Assembly: GCF_009914755.1 (NCBI RefSeq)
Contig: NC_060931.1
Source: the human T2T-CHM13v2.0 reference genome, Homo sapiens
Strand: one strand, 5' to 3'
DNA: 64,000 bases
The notes beneath the pieces are model-generated. The model made no database searches, had not been told where the DNA came from, and was given only the letters and a program-made list of their open reading frames with translations. The translations under genes were made by a program, and so were the position numbers. Each line of letters begins with the position of its first letter. The stretch's first letter is position 1. Shown here in pieces: positions 13,557 to 27,111 of this stretch.

Positions 13557-13981
13557 TGTGAGATGCTCTAAACCACAGGGGCTAGCTTGTCTGTTGACAT
13601 CAGCCCCACCCCTGCTACTCTCTCCTGCATCACAGTTCCGATTCCTTCCAACAGGATCCCAGCTTAGACCCTACTAATGGGAGGTACTTAGGGCAATTTG
13701 AAAGATAGAAGAGAAAAAGCCATCATTCTACGGGTGTCATCTCTGGGCAGGCAGGTGGCCCCTGGCAAACGGGGAATTGGGTAGCCACTTCCCAGAGTCT
13801 TCCTGGGAATTACCGACTTGGTGCTGTAGGCAGCTGAGGGCTTTTTGGTGGAGGCTTTTTCTATGACTCCTGTACTTCTGGAGCTCCTGAAAGCCAGCAG
13901 AGGTCTTCCTGACCTTTCTTCTCCTAGCCCTTCCAGTGGTTGTGAAATCCCTGGCTTCCTGATGAAACCCTGACTGACATA
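13557..13981 (+). mobile_element. Probable ERVL-class solo LTR remnant
   Basis: Begins with tgtg and ends aaaccctgactgacata, like LTR16/33- or MLT2-type 3' ends. It is GC-richer than its flanks. Confidence 0.4.
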
Positions 13982-16308
13982 GCACAAAATTTCCAGTAAT
14001 TCTTGCCTAGAAACTGTTCTACACCGACACCATACACTCAGATCTCCTTCATTTTAGACCACTAGCATCTGTTTTTCCCAAGGCTCCCATCTCACCTCTC
14101 TCCCTATAAAGATGACTCCAACACTGTATTTCTTCTCTGTATCCCACACAAATTTCCCAGTATTTCTTGGACACCACCGGCTGGATGACCTGCTGGAACC
14201 TCAAGTCAACAAATTCATCTTTTTGCAATTGTTCCTTTTCATGAGTCCACATTTATTTTCAACATGATACAATTATTCCAATCATCTGGCTCAAAACATG
14301 TAATATTTCAATATGCAGTATTGAAATATGCAAATATTTCAGTAATTCTAGGCAAGAATTACTGAAATATTTATTGAGAGCCTACTATGTGCTAGCTAGG
14401 TTCTGAGAATGTAATGTTTAACAAGCTAGCTATGCTGTCTGCTCTCAAAAAGCTTACAGTCTAGTGGAGGATCTAAGAAATCTAAGATGGCTGTGAAATT
14501 GTTTTTCTTTCATCCTTTAACTATGGCTAGTAACTTGCAAAAATCTCTAGCCCTTCTGAAATCTCTCTTGAATTCTTTCTTCTTCTTTCCATTTTCAATC
14601 CCTTTATCAGCCCAAAACCTTCACCAGAACTATTCTTTTAGCTTACTAGACTTTATTGCATCATGCACATTTTAAAAATAATTTGATAAAACACTAATGC
14701 ACATACCATTTTTGCATACAATTTCTAGGGTCACTGATAGTCCCTTTGTGGCCAAACCTTAGATTTCTTTGGGTCCTTTCATTCATTTGGGTTCATAGAC
14801 CCAAAGAACCCTACCTCAGTGGCTCTCTCATCTTCATCATTCCCACTTAGAATTTAAAGCAAAATCCTATCCTACCTTTCTCCTACTTAGAACTTGTCAT
14901 TTGAAACAAAAGCAGTGCCCAACTCACCTTTCCCGCCTTATTTCTCACAAGTCCCCTACAGGAACCCCAAGTTGCAAGCCCTAAACATGCCCCAGGCAGG
15001 CTCATGTTGATGTATTTGTTTGTTCAGGGTTCCCTCCAATCCAAGTCTCAAGTTTGTCCAAAGCTCTTTCTTTGAGCTACCTTGGCACTTTGCACTTCTC
15101 ACACTCAGTTTCAGTTTTAGAGCTGACTATCCAAACCTTTTCAGTTTGAGAGCAGGGATCATTTTACTTTTGTACCCCCTGAAGCACCTGGCATAATGCT
15201 GAGCCTAAAGGTGTTTTTAAAAATTGTTAAAACTAAATTGAACCCAAATCTCTCTTCCGCGTCTTAGTCTAAGCTGCATGCTTCATCCTATTTCTTCTTC
15301 TACATAACTGTCTTTCAAACATTGGAAGACAAGTATCTCATCCCTGTTCCTTAGCTACATAAAATCCAGAAGATACTGGCTAACCTGGTAGTTCAACTGA
15401 ATGTAAATACAACTCAATATGAGCACAAAATAATCAAGACGTCCCTAAGGGACTTCCCAACTAAACTTTGACTCATACCTTATGATCTGGGATGAACAAA
15501 TACAGAAACTCTTCACACCGTTTCACTCACCACTACTTACCTAATATAAGGGAGGGACAAATAATACCACCCTCATCTTGGTAATTCCATAAACAAGAAA
15601 GCTAGAAAAGCACTTGCAACTTTGAAACAGAAAGGAAGGACAACCAAAGTCATGCAAATGTAGGTGAGGATGGGTAACAAGTAGTTCTAGCTCGGCTATA
15701 AAACCTGTGACCCAGGACAAACCCTCAACATCTCTGAGCTTGTTTGCCTACTTTTCCCACATGATGGGATCTGATAAGAGTACTGGAATTCATTGTACGA
15801 AACCAACAACATTAAAAAGTCCCTCTGGACTTGATGTCATATGCCAGGCATTTTATTAAGAGTACTTTAGCTTTGCAAATACTAAAGCTGAAAATAAGAA
15901 AGCCACAGATTATTGTTTCCCTTTAAATGCTCTTGAGTTCTTTATTAGAGTTTTTAAATCATTCAGACCACCAAAAATATCTATTTGGCCTATTCATTTC
16001 TATTGATCTTGTACACTTACTTCCTTCACCCATGAAAGGAAGCCATGGAAGGAGGTCCAATGACTACACCTACTAACACCTGCCTAATACCCTCAGTTTC
16101 CCACAGAGATGGACTAAACGCAGAATATATTCTTGAGAATGGCCAAGGTGTACCAAGAACATTTGGGCCAAGATGCATGTTCTTTCCCAAATCATCTGGG
16201 TTATCACCAATAAAAATAATTATTTTATCCTTAAAGGAATTTATTAAATAATTTACTCATTTTCCTTAAATCAATTTGTTCAGAAACAACTTTTAAAATG
16301 TATTTTCA

Positions 16309-16618
<310 letters not shown>

Positions 16619-18276
16619 TCAAAGGCAGCTCTTCCTGCTGGAAAACTGCCTGTGACTGTCTGAACTAAATTAACAATTACTGAACAAGCACAAAAAATAG
16701 AGTACTGATTTTTGGGACAAGATAAATATTTGATTTCTTCAAATAGTTCATGCTAATGACCTGCAGTCATCTTTCACTTGGATAGATCACTTGGGCAGAA
16801 GTAAATACATCTGACAAAGGGCATATCTCAAAATTATGTGTAAGATATGTAAGTTTTCTAACTTTTAAGAGTTTACATACTATAATAATAAGGATCTAAA
16901 ATTAAATGATGTTGGTCAATATTTAACATAAAACTCAAAAGCTATGTGCAGTATACCTTGCGTCTTCAAGTTTAAGCAAACCTTGTTGGAGAGTGCTAAC
17001 TGAATTCAGCTCTGTATTATTATATTATAGCATAATCTCTGTAGATATACATTGTTGACAGTTACTATTATGCATCCTTAAAACACAATTCATACACAGC
17101 ATACATAAGTAAGAGTAGGTTATTTTTTCCCTCTCTGCAATTTCTAGACTTGTTCTAATTCAGCTAAGCCTAGAAAATGACCCACATCCATCTGACTTGC
17201 AAATGACCCTAAAACTGCAGTAAAATTTGCCTTTAACATCCAGCCTAAAGTTTAACCATTAAAATCCCGTGTGATTACCCCTTGAAAAACAAACTACTGA
17301 CTGTAAACCAAAAGAGCTTCATTGGAAAAGGGGATGTTAAAAAGAGAAACCACTTCAAGGTAAATGAAACAAACAGGTACTATTCAAACCAAGGGATATA
17401 CAACATGGTGGCTAGCACTCATTGGCCAATAGCAAAAGATAGTGCTTCCTCTACTTTACTCTACTTCACTGGCAGACAAACTATGCCTACTGGTTTATAA
17501 AATCAGAGCACAGATCTGGGCTAAGATGGTAGATGGAACTTACATACCTAATTTTACTTCTTCCTAAAGGTCCATTAAAATTCAAGTAAGAAAAAAAGAA
17601 AAACAGGAATAACAAGAGGAAATGACAGCAATAAAATCCAAGGACCTAGAAAGTAGATGGTTGGATGGACTCACCTAGCTCATTTGAGAAAGTCCAACCT
17701 TAAGCTAACAGTGGGGAAAACTGAGATCCAATCCAATTTACATCACAAAATCCTCAAGGGCGCAGAAACTGACAGGACCAGATACCACTAAAACCAGAGA
17801 TAAAGTGTGTGCAGTGGGGCTAAAATAAAGGTTACTAAGAAAGTTGTTTTAAGAAGTTAACTCTCTAGATTCATTCCCCAACTCCATGCTATTCTTCTCA
17901 TAAATGGGCAGATATTTGGAGAGTTAATCTCTGGCGAGGTAAAGACTACGTCAGAGAGATTATATGTAGTATAATATTAAATACATACAGAGACCACCAA
18001 CACAGCTCTGAAGCCCTGGCAGTCAGACCCTTACCAGCTAGGCCAGTCCTTATAAGACTCTTCTGTATGGAATCTGACCAGCCAAGGCCAACAGACAAGT
18101 GCTAAAGACAATAACAACAGAGGTTACCCAGTAGAATAGACCACCCAGATCTTCCAATAGGGGAATTCAAAGTTGGCAAGCCCTACTCATGTTTTCAAAA
18201 CTCCCCATCAATTTTTCAGTCTCATTCATGAGCAGATAACCAAGGATTACCAAGCATCTAAGGAGTCTCTAATATA

Positions 18277-18312
18277 ATCAGTTCTTGGCCTTTTGGCTAA
18301 GATCAAGTGTAG
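18277..18312 (+). pseudogene. 3'-truncated U2 snRNA retrocopy (nt 1-36)
   Basis: ATCAGTTCTTGGCCTTTTGGCTAAGATCAAGTGTAG is 33/36 identical to the recalled U2 5' end. It is flanked by the direct repeats aggagtctctaata and agaagtctctaaca. Confidence 0.9.
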
Positions 18313-18662
18313 AAGTCTCTAACAAGGAAGACAGAAATTAAAGCAAACAGATAAAAGCAACTTGGAGAAACAGACAACACAAGGAGAAGAAAACTATAAA
18401 GTTGAGAAAAAAACTTCCTAGAAAGAAGAGCCAAAGACACAGATAGAAAATTGGAGAAAATATTTTAAAAAGCAGAAGTCCAGAAAGTCTAGTATTTAAA
18501 TAATAGAATTTTTAGAAAGGGAGAACAGAGAAAGTAAGTGCAAGAAGTTCACTAATAATTCAAGAAAATTTCCGAGAACTGAAGAAAATGAGTCATAAGA
18601 TTTTAAAAGCATACTGTATGTCCACTGTGTCCACCAAAATGAATTAAAATAGACCCCCACCT

Positions 18663-19005
18663 GGCTGGGAGCAGTGGCTCACGCCTGTAATCCCAGCACC
18701 TTGGGAGGCCGAGGCAGGCAGATCACCTGAGGTCAGGAGTTTGAGACCAGCCTGGTCAACATGGTGAAACCCTGTTTCTACTAAAAATACAAAACTTAGC
18801 CAGGCGTGGTGGTGGGCACCTGTAATCCCAGCTACCTGAGAGGCTGAGGCAGAAGGATTACTTGAACCTGAGAGACGGAGGTTGCAGTGAGCCAAGATCG
18901 CACCACTGCCCTCCAGCCTGGGCAACAGAGTGAGAATCCGTCTCAAAAAATAAATAAATAAATAATAATAAAAAAAATAATAAATAAATAAATAAATAAA
19001 ATAAA
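18663..19005 (+). mobile_element. Alu (Sx-like) with a (TAAA)n tail
   Basis: Dimeric, with target-site duplication taaaatagaccc. Confidence 0.95.
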
Positions 19006-20106
19006 ATAGACCCACACCAAGGGAGATCACTATGGAATTCCAGAACACAGAAGACAAACTTGCTACAAGCTTCCAGAGAGGGAGAAAGATTACATATAGA
19101 GGATAACAGCATCTTTGGATTGTTCAACAACAAAACTGGAAGCAAGAAGTTAATAAGCCTTTAAATTTCTGCAGAAAAAAATATCTACAACCTAGAATCC
19201 TGTATTTACCAAACTATCAACTGAGAAGTAGAATTAAATATTATTTCAGACAAGCAAATTACTAAAATATTTATCTCCCATGTACCTTTCCTTAAGAAAT
19301 ACTGGAGGATGTCACTCCAGCAAAATGAGATTTAAAAAAATAAATAAATAAAAGACTAGGGTGTGGGATCTAGGAATATAGGAAGATCATCTAAGAAAGG
19401 AGAGAGAACAAAGTGAAATACTAGAAATGACTGCTGTGTACCAGATCTGAGTACTGTGATCCATGACAGCTGTCAGTACCAAGATTCCCACTGCTATTAT
19501 ACCAACAGGCCACCTAAGTCAGTTTGGTTCAGGCTCTTTTCTGTACTTTCTGATTTTGACCAAGCCTAATGAAGTTTCTGTTCTCCCCGCCAAGCCCTGG
19601 TGAATTAATCAGCTGACACTTGTTTTAAACGCCACCTCTCACCCCAAAGGGTTAAGACACTTAATTCACTAAGTGTCTGTGATCTACTCCAGAGGACTGG
19701 AGGGAAGCCATGGTGAGCTTTGACACAGGAAACAGACAGCAAACTGATCCTGTAGACCATATTTCTGCCAGACACCCGGGACTGTGCTTACCTGACAAGA
19801 CCTACCCCAACTGGCAAGCCCTGTTTTCCAGGACTCACTCATAACCTTGGCCACTGTACTTCTAAGAGGCTTTCATAAATGATCGGAGACGCTAAAGCCA
19901 AACTATGCCCCAGAAGCTATTTAGTTTATCTTCTCCTAAAAGTCTTAATCTAATAGTGACAACATCACCCTTTCCTTCTACAGCTAGGCTTGGGTTTATT
20001 ACTCAGCTTTTTAAAACTAAACAATCTATTCAGGGATAGATACATAGCTGGCAAAACTCTTGAAGATTAACACAGAAATTAAAATAATGGCTATTTGAAA
20101 CGATAA

Positions 20107-20568
<462 letters not shown>

Positions 20569-21660
20569 TGACTGATTAAACACACACACAATTACAGCAC
20601 AGCCTTATAAGGTAGGAGTTCCCTCCTTTTACAAAAAAAGCAACATTTTTATTGATATGCCCATCTCAGGACTTCCCCGCATCCCCGCAAAAAGCCTTGA
20701 TTACAATTCACTGCCATCTGAATATTATTTGTGCATTGGTCCATCACTTTGCAGTACAATGTGAAGGTTCAGGAGACTGAAGTGAAGTTCAAGGGCAAAG
20801 AGAGCCTGTCATTTCTAGTCCTCTCCTCTTATCCAGGGAAATTTTGTTAGTTTTACAAAACAATTTACTATCCACTTGATCACCATCTATTTCTGGTGAC
20901 ATTTATTTGAGAATATCATGTTTAAGTTTCTAAAAATTGTGTGGAAATTTTAACAAATTAAAGTACAGCATAAAGGTAAGGACGAAAAAAACCCACCTGA
21001 AAGCACAGAACGTACGATCTAGATCTATTTAGTTGATCCTACATCACATCCCTTAATGGACATGGCTGAAAATATGCCAGTTCCAGCTTTGGGCTTCTGA
21101 ATGCAGCCCAAGGCAAGACATACAAACCACACAGATCCTGGTGCTCTGTTGGGGAACAGGTAACTTTCATCCTCTACCCTCTTTTGGTCAGTGGTGCGAT
21201 CGTTGCCCCATCATCAGGTACTTCCTAAAATGGTCAGTCATAAAAGATGTGTCTGTGGATCATCTACATCAGTGTTTCCCGATCTCTTTCCCATCATGGC
21301 ACTCACAAAGAGATGCCACTTGTGTGACATAGTGACTGCTGCTCCTGCCAGGTCTCCCTAAAGAGAACCAACATCTCAACATGTCAATAACCTCTCCATT
21401 ACTGGCACATAAGGCTTCTCAGTTGGGAAGGCTTGGCATGCATAATACAATAGCAGAAAGAGGAATCTTCTACTGAAAGGCACTGGAAGAGGGATTCTTG
21501 AGGACAAGATGGGCTGAACGTCAAGGATGCCATTGACTGTCAATAAAATGGTTGTTTCTCCTCCACTTTCTTCTTCTAAACCATCCTCCCTCCCCACTGT
21601 TGAAGATGTAAAATCAAATGGAAACATCTGATGGCTACTTGTCACAAAACCTTTCAAACT

Positions 21661-21748
21661 CACATCCAACAAAACAGAAAAACAAAAACAAGGACAACCC
21701 AAGTGTCATCATCAAGTTTTCTGTTTTATTTAAGATTTTAGTTTTAAT
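21661..21748 (-). terminator. Poly(A) site of the long isoforms: ATTAAA (21748-21743), AATAAA (21730-21725) and a GU/U-rich downstream element (about 21700-21661)
   Basis: Minus strand reads AATAAAACAG...GGGTTGTCCTTGTTTTTGTTTTTCTGTTTTGTTGGATGTG. Confidence 0.75.
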
Positions 21749-22793
21749 TCTGAAGAAAGAGGTACATTTCCTTGTTTTTAGTTTTAGCGTCAGGTTATAA
21801 CCAGGTTTCTGTTTTCTTTTCTCCTGTCTTTTCAATACTGCACAAACGTCCAGAAACTACAGGGTTAAGTAAAAGCTGCAGGCAAGGAGGTCAGAGATTT
21901 GCTCCCGATGGTGATCAGATGGCCCCAGAGCAGTGCTATCTCAGAGTGCCCTCGTCAGGTGAATTTATGGTAAAACAAAAAAGATTCCGACAGAGGAGAA
22001 GGACTGAAGAAATGACTTACATTTCAGCTCTTATATTATTAATAGGTATTAAATCTGTGAATACTTTTTTCTTTAAAACATTTCAATTTACTTTAAATCT
22101 AAAGCCAAAAAATTTTTCTCCTTTAAAAAAATTACTTCTCACCTCCTTATGAACTCTTTAGCAATCGGCCAGTTACTACTACAGATGAATTTGTCTTTCC
22201 ATCAACTTCCAATACATTCTTTTGCTTAATGACACAATCAAGTCCTTGCCATCAACTTGCCAAAAGAATTAAAAATTAATTTAAATTAAAAGCATTTTCC
22301 CTGCAATAATGATAAGCTGAATACAAGATGGATGCTAGGACCACTGCTTTCCCCCATGCATTTAGCAATCTCACGTAAATGAACCTGGTTTTCAAACTTC
22401 TGCAGTTGATAATGCATTTACTTGAGCTTTCCTATAGATTAATCGTCATTTTCTGCTAAGCAGATTATGTCATTATTATGCGCAACAGACAAACAATAAT
22501 TTTCTAAGTATTGAGACTGCCCTTTGATTTTTTTTTCTCTCCTTAAAAAGGCATTTTTAGAAACATTCAACAGTGTCACTCAAATGCTGGATCAACAAAA
22601 ATTTTTACAATTAATAAAGAGATGGTAATGACCCTGTGATCGCATTGCATCTGGGGTTAGGGAGAAAAAAAATTGATCAGGTACTGGATTCTTCAGAACA
22701 TAAGAGATGAGAAGGGAGCTGTGGGTGGTGGGCTGAGAGGGAGAAAACAGAGTGGGACAAATCCTGCATTTTCTAATGGTTGCTCCTCTTTGC
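21700..22793 (-). other. CNOT4: 3'UTR of the CNOT4 long isoforms
   Basis: Repeat-free AU-rich sequence after the stop, ending at a canonical poly(A) signal. Confidence 0.75.
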
Positions 22794-23095
22794 CTAATGG
22801 CGGTCCAGTGTTGAACTCTGTAGTAAATCTGTGGGGGTTTTGCTGGGGGGTCTGAAGGCCGTCTGAAAGCCTGGGGGTGGGGAGTGGAAGCTGGAAGGGT
22901 TTGAAGGAGGAGGGTAGGGATTCCAACTGGCTCTGTGCAGCGGGATCTGTGTGCTGAAGGGGGCGCTGTGGTGGGTCTGTGATGGAGCAGCGCTGGGGCC
23001 GTCCATCTCTGTGAGGGCCTGAAGGGATTTTAGCCAGTGTGGAGGATTGTCATCTTGAAGAGAGTCTAAACTGTTTCCTGAAGACGCTGGAATAC
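22794..23095 (-). CDS. CNOT4: CNOT4 distal last exon, coding part (GIPASSGNSLDSLQDDNPPHWLKSLQ...SSTLDRH*)
   Basis: ORF 22794..23159. Long polypyrimidine tract then ccttag|GT ATT, with TAG at 22796-22794. Confidence 0.96.
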
Positions 23096-23762
23096 CTAAG
23101 GAGAGAAAAGAAAAAAGAGGGAAAATGGTGAGTTTGTGTGGAAAGAATAAGGTCGTCAAACAAATTTAGAAAGCAAAACCAAAAGGAAACACAGAAGAGA
23201 TTACAATTTTAAACTCCTTCCAAATAAGACCTTTTAAACCAATCCTCCCCCAACAACAAAGAACTTATTGGCACACAAACCCATGCCTCCTCTTGAACTA
23301 GACTTAGTCCCCCACTGTCACAGAGGCAGAGCTGCAAAACACCATTCCCCAGAACTGCCTGATGGCATTTCCCAATTGTGCTTTTCCTCCTCTGACAGGG
23401 ATGCGTAACAAGACAGCCTTATAATAGAGAGCTTTATAACAAAAAGTGGAGTATGTTCCTTATAAGAAGAGTAAGTCAGATCCTTTTGTACTTTGAGGCC
23501 TACAAAATACACATGTTGCCAGATGTTAACACCTACTTAAACCAGAAGAAGCAACCTAGGCACCAAATGCCTTCTTATTAATACACAACTAGGCCGACAG
23601 GTTAAATGAGACTTGCATGACCCCTGAGAACGAAACAAGCCACTCCACACTTGTGGCTTTGTGAAAAGCAGCTTATGTTGAAGAGATCTCGGTTTTTATT
23701 TAATCTGTGCTAAAAACCAAACTGTTGGCAGTCAGTGTAGCTGAAGGGAGTGAGAAAGTTAC

Positions 23763-23975
23763 CTGTGATGATGGCTGGGTCTGTCCAGCTGCCAGGGCTG
23801 TCCCAACTCAGGCTGTCGGTGGTGGCAGTGTTGGACGTTGGTGCACTGTGGTTGGCGTTGGAGGGGGAAGAAGAATTGGGCAGTCCACCAAAGTTGATGT
23901 TAATGTTGGGTAGAAGTGCCCTTAGCCCGTCCTGCCATTCCTTCATATTTAAACTCTCTACAGAACTGCTGTTGT
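23763..23975 (-). CDS. CNOT4: CNOT4 cassette exon (213 nt, 71 codons; DNSSSVESLNMKEWQDGLRALLPNININF...DPAIIT)
   Basis: ORF 23710..23994. Acceptor aatctcccag|AC, donor ACAG|gtaact. Symmetric phase 1-1, so it can be skipped in frame. Confidence 0.95.
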
Positions 23976-26894
23976 CTGGGAGATTTACCAACAAAAAAAT
24001 GAAAGATAAAAAAAAATAAAAAGCTACGTTAGAAACATATGTTGTTCTTTAGTGGTTAAGCGGGAGAAGAATTATTCTTTCTTTATTGAGCATTTAAAAT
24101 GGGTTGTCCTAGCAAGATAAACTTGGTTAGGATTTTGCTCGTGAGCTCAGAGCCCCTGAAGTGAGGAAAAACTTGCTCAAGGATCAGGAGAGGGAGGTTC
24201 TTGTCTCTCTATAGCCTCTTCACCATTATGGGTTTGTAAATCAATAATCCAGTTTAAAGACTCAATGCTCCAGAGCACAATTTAGTTCCAGCTACATTAT
24301 GAAGTTTCACTTAGTGAGGCATTTAGCCAGCTGAGCTGATTTACGCTATAAAAAAGCCAAGTCTGCAAAGTCCAATATAGGAGCTTATTTCTCAGCCCAC
24401 AAATGGAAGAAAAGTCATTTTATGAAGAATAAACATAAGCAATAGAAAAAGAAAAATAATTAAGTCCTTCTTCATTATAAAACTGGCAATGTGCTTCAGA
24501 AGAGAAAAGCAGTAATGAACAGGCTTTTGAATTTGAAAAGAATGTATTTCCATTTAGTCACTAAGGCCGAGGAGGCAGGAGCTGATACCTTCTAGATGGA
24601 ATAATTTCCAACACAGTCTGCCTGCTCTACTCCAACAGTTCTACCAATCATTCACAGCCTGAGTCCCGGAGTCCTACAGTTTTCTGGGTCTATTTATGAA
24701 TAGTATCAAACATGAGAAGACACTAGCAACATAGAAAAGGCTTTTTATAAATTGTGACTAAACTAACTTGATCTACTACCATCCAGAATCCACATAGTAT
24801 AACTAACTGGTCAGGGGGAAAAGGGTGAAGTATAACAACTACCTAATTGTTTAACAAATACTTAGATAGTTGTTTTATTTTTGAAAATAGCAATGTAAGT
24901 CAAATTACAAACTGGAGTTTTTGAAAAAAGCATAGAAAAATATTTCTGATTCTACAGAACTGATTGGCAATCAACGCTGAGAAGGAGGAGGAGGATGTTC
25001 TAACAGGCACGATCTATGCTGCTTAGCAAAATCAGAATTTTCTTTTTGAAATTTTGCTTTGCACCAACCACTGATCAATGCCAAATTATATCATGTTTCA
25101 ACAAGTGAAGCATTTAACTCCATTGACCTTATTTATAAAAAGATAAAATACTACAACTAAACTGAACGAAGGTCATCTCTGAACTTATTAAGATGAAGAA
25201 AAAGCACTCTAGGCTACACAAAACAAGACAACAGAAGGGAAAATAAATTCTCCAACCCTACTTTCATTTCATAATTGATGTAATTTACTAAACCTCACAT
25301 TTCTTATATTTGCATATTATTTTACATTTGTATTGTGTTGTATGGTTTACAAGGCACTCTCATAGTCAATTATTTCATGTGATCTTCACAACAGCCCTGA
25401 GAGGCAGGCAGACAAGGATAAATAATCTGCATTTACTAGATAAAGAAACAGACTCAGGAATAATTTCCCCAAGTTCACAAAACTTGTTATTGAGAACTTG
25501 AACCTGAACCCTGTCCAAAAAAAAGCAAGCAAGCTTACTCTCTCGATCTACTCTGTACAGACTATTAATTTTTTAAAGGGTCAAATATTAAAGGGAAAGC
25601 CCAGGGGAAGACCCATGATTGAAAGGAGGCAAAAGAGAAACAGAGAAGCATTATAGTGTGTCCACTGGCCATGATTAGCAGAGAGATATTGTGACTAAAG
25701 GAAGAAACTGGACTTTGCGGCCAGGAGAAAAAAATTCTGCTCAAGAATACAATCACTAGTTTCCCCCTGGCTCCCTAACTACATGAGACACAAACAAGAT
25801 CATAAATATAAGTCCTAGAACACTCTCAATCACAGTAAGGTTTACGGCTATGGTACACTCTAACTTTTAAAGCAGTCCAACTGTCATGCTGAATAACTTA
25901 AAATAGCTTCCAATTAGGCAAAAGCCAAACAGGGAAAACTTCCTATAAGAAAAATAAAATCCCCCAGAAATAAAAAGATGATGTATAACTACATGGGAAC
26001 ATTTTCAGGAAGATAAATGATCTTACACCGAGTGGCTAATGTCCCTAAGAAGTCCATGCAAATGATCCTCCCTCTTCTACTGAATAGGGAGAGAGAGAAT
26101 ATCCCATAACTCAGAACAATCTGCTCCTAACTTTTGCTTTACCATTTAGTGAGCAATGAAATTGAGGAACATTTAATTTTGCATTAACAGAATAACACTT
26201 GCATTTACATAAATCTTATTTGAAAATTAGTAATAAAGTCAAAAGACAATAAAGGCAGAGGGGTTATATGACAATTCTCCGTACTTCCCACTCAGTTTTG
26301 CTGTGAACCTAAAACTACTCTAAAAAAAGTTTGTTTTAAGGGACATTTGTTCCTGTAATTGTAGACTAATCAAATCAAGCAAGGGTATGTTAGCCAAAGA
26401 AATTCACATATGGCACATGATGCAGAAACAGTGAGAAATTTAGATCCTCCCAGGTGCACTATGATTACAGGATACCTTGGGAAATAAATTAGCTAGTTTA
26501 TAATGCAACAATCTTGACACCCCTCCTCCCCCCAAAAAATCATGTGCCTTGACATTTTGGGAGCCTGACAGCATGGATGTGGCTTACAGTAAAGCTGCAA
26601 GTGTTACAGGGAAGTAGAATGATGCTTTTAGCTCTTGGAATAGGATCATATTCCATCTAGCTTAGAAGAAAAGAAGTTTATTTCACTGTTTTTTCCACTA
26701 TTGCTATGCCAAGTGCTGGCACAAAGAAAAGGTGAGAGAAAGGAAATCAGCTTAATCCTAATCCCATCAAAATAGCTCATCTCAGTCCGGCCATACCTGA
26801 AGTCACCTCCTTGATTCCCTATTCCCTCCCAATGACCCAAATTTGTCTTGGCTGCGAGGGCTTCTGGCAATTCCATTCTTTGAAACACATACAG

Positions 26895-27111
26895 CAGGGT
26901 TTATCAACCTCATCACCACTGACAGTTTGAACTACATAATTCTCTGTTGTGGAGTGCTGTCCTAAGCACTGTGGGAGGTTTAGCAGCATTGCCGGCCTCT
27001 ACCCACTAGATGCTAGGGGTACCAACTCCCCAGTTTTGACAGCCAAAATTGTCTTTAGACGTTGAAAATGTCTTCTAGGGAAGCAAAATTGTATCCAGTT
27101 GAGAACCACTG
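26895..27111 (-). mobile_element. MER20 (hAT-Charlie), full length
   Basis: Ends cagggtttatcaacct...gttgagaaccactg, internal ctctacccactagatgc, and a degenerate 8-bp target duplication acatacag / acacaaag. Confidence 0.88.

Larger units (their letters stand above)
17510..19440 (+). mobile_element. Old L1M 5' region/ORF1 fossil hosting the U2 retrocopy and an Alu
   Basis: A-rich, with ORF1-like motifs ataattcaagaaaatttccgagaactgaag, agacccacaccaagg and caacctagaatcctgtatttaccaaactatc. Confidence 0.7.

Noticed and set aside
22833-22920. G-rich + strand segment resembling a G-quadruplex
   Set aside because: Explained by proline-rich codons of the CNOT4 last exon on the opposite strand.
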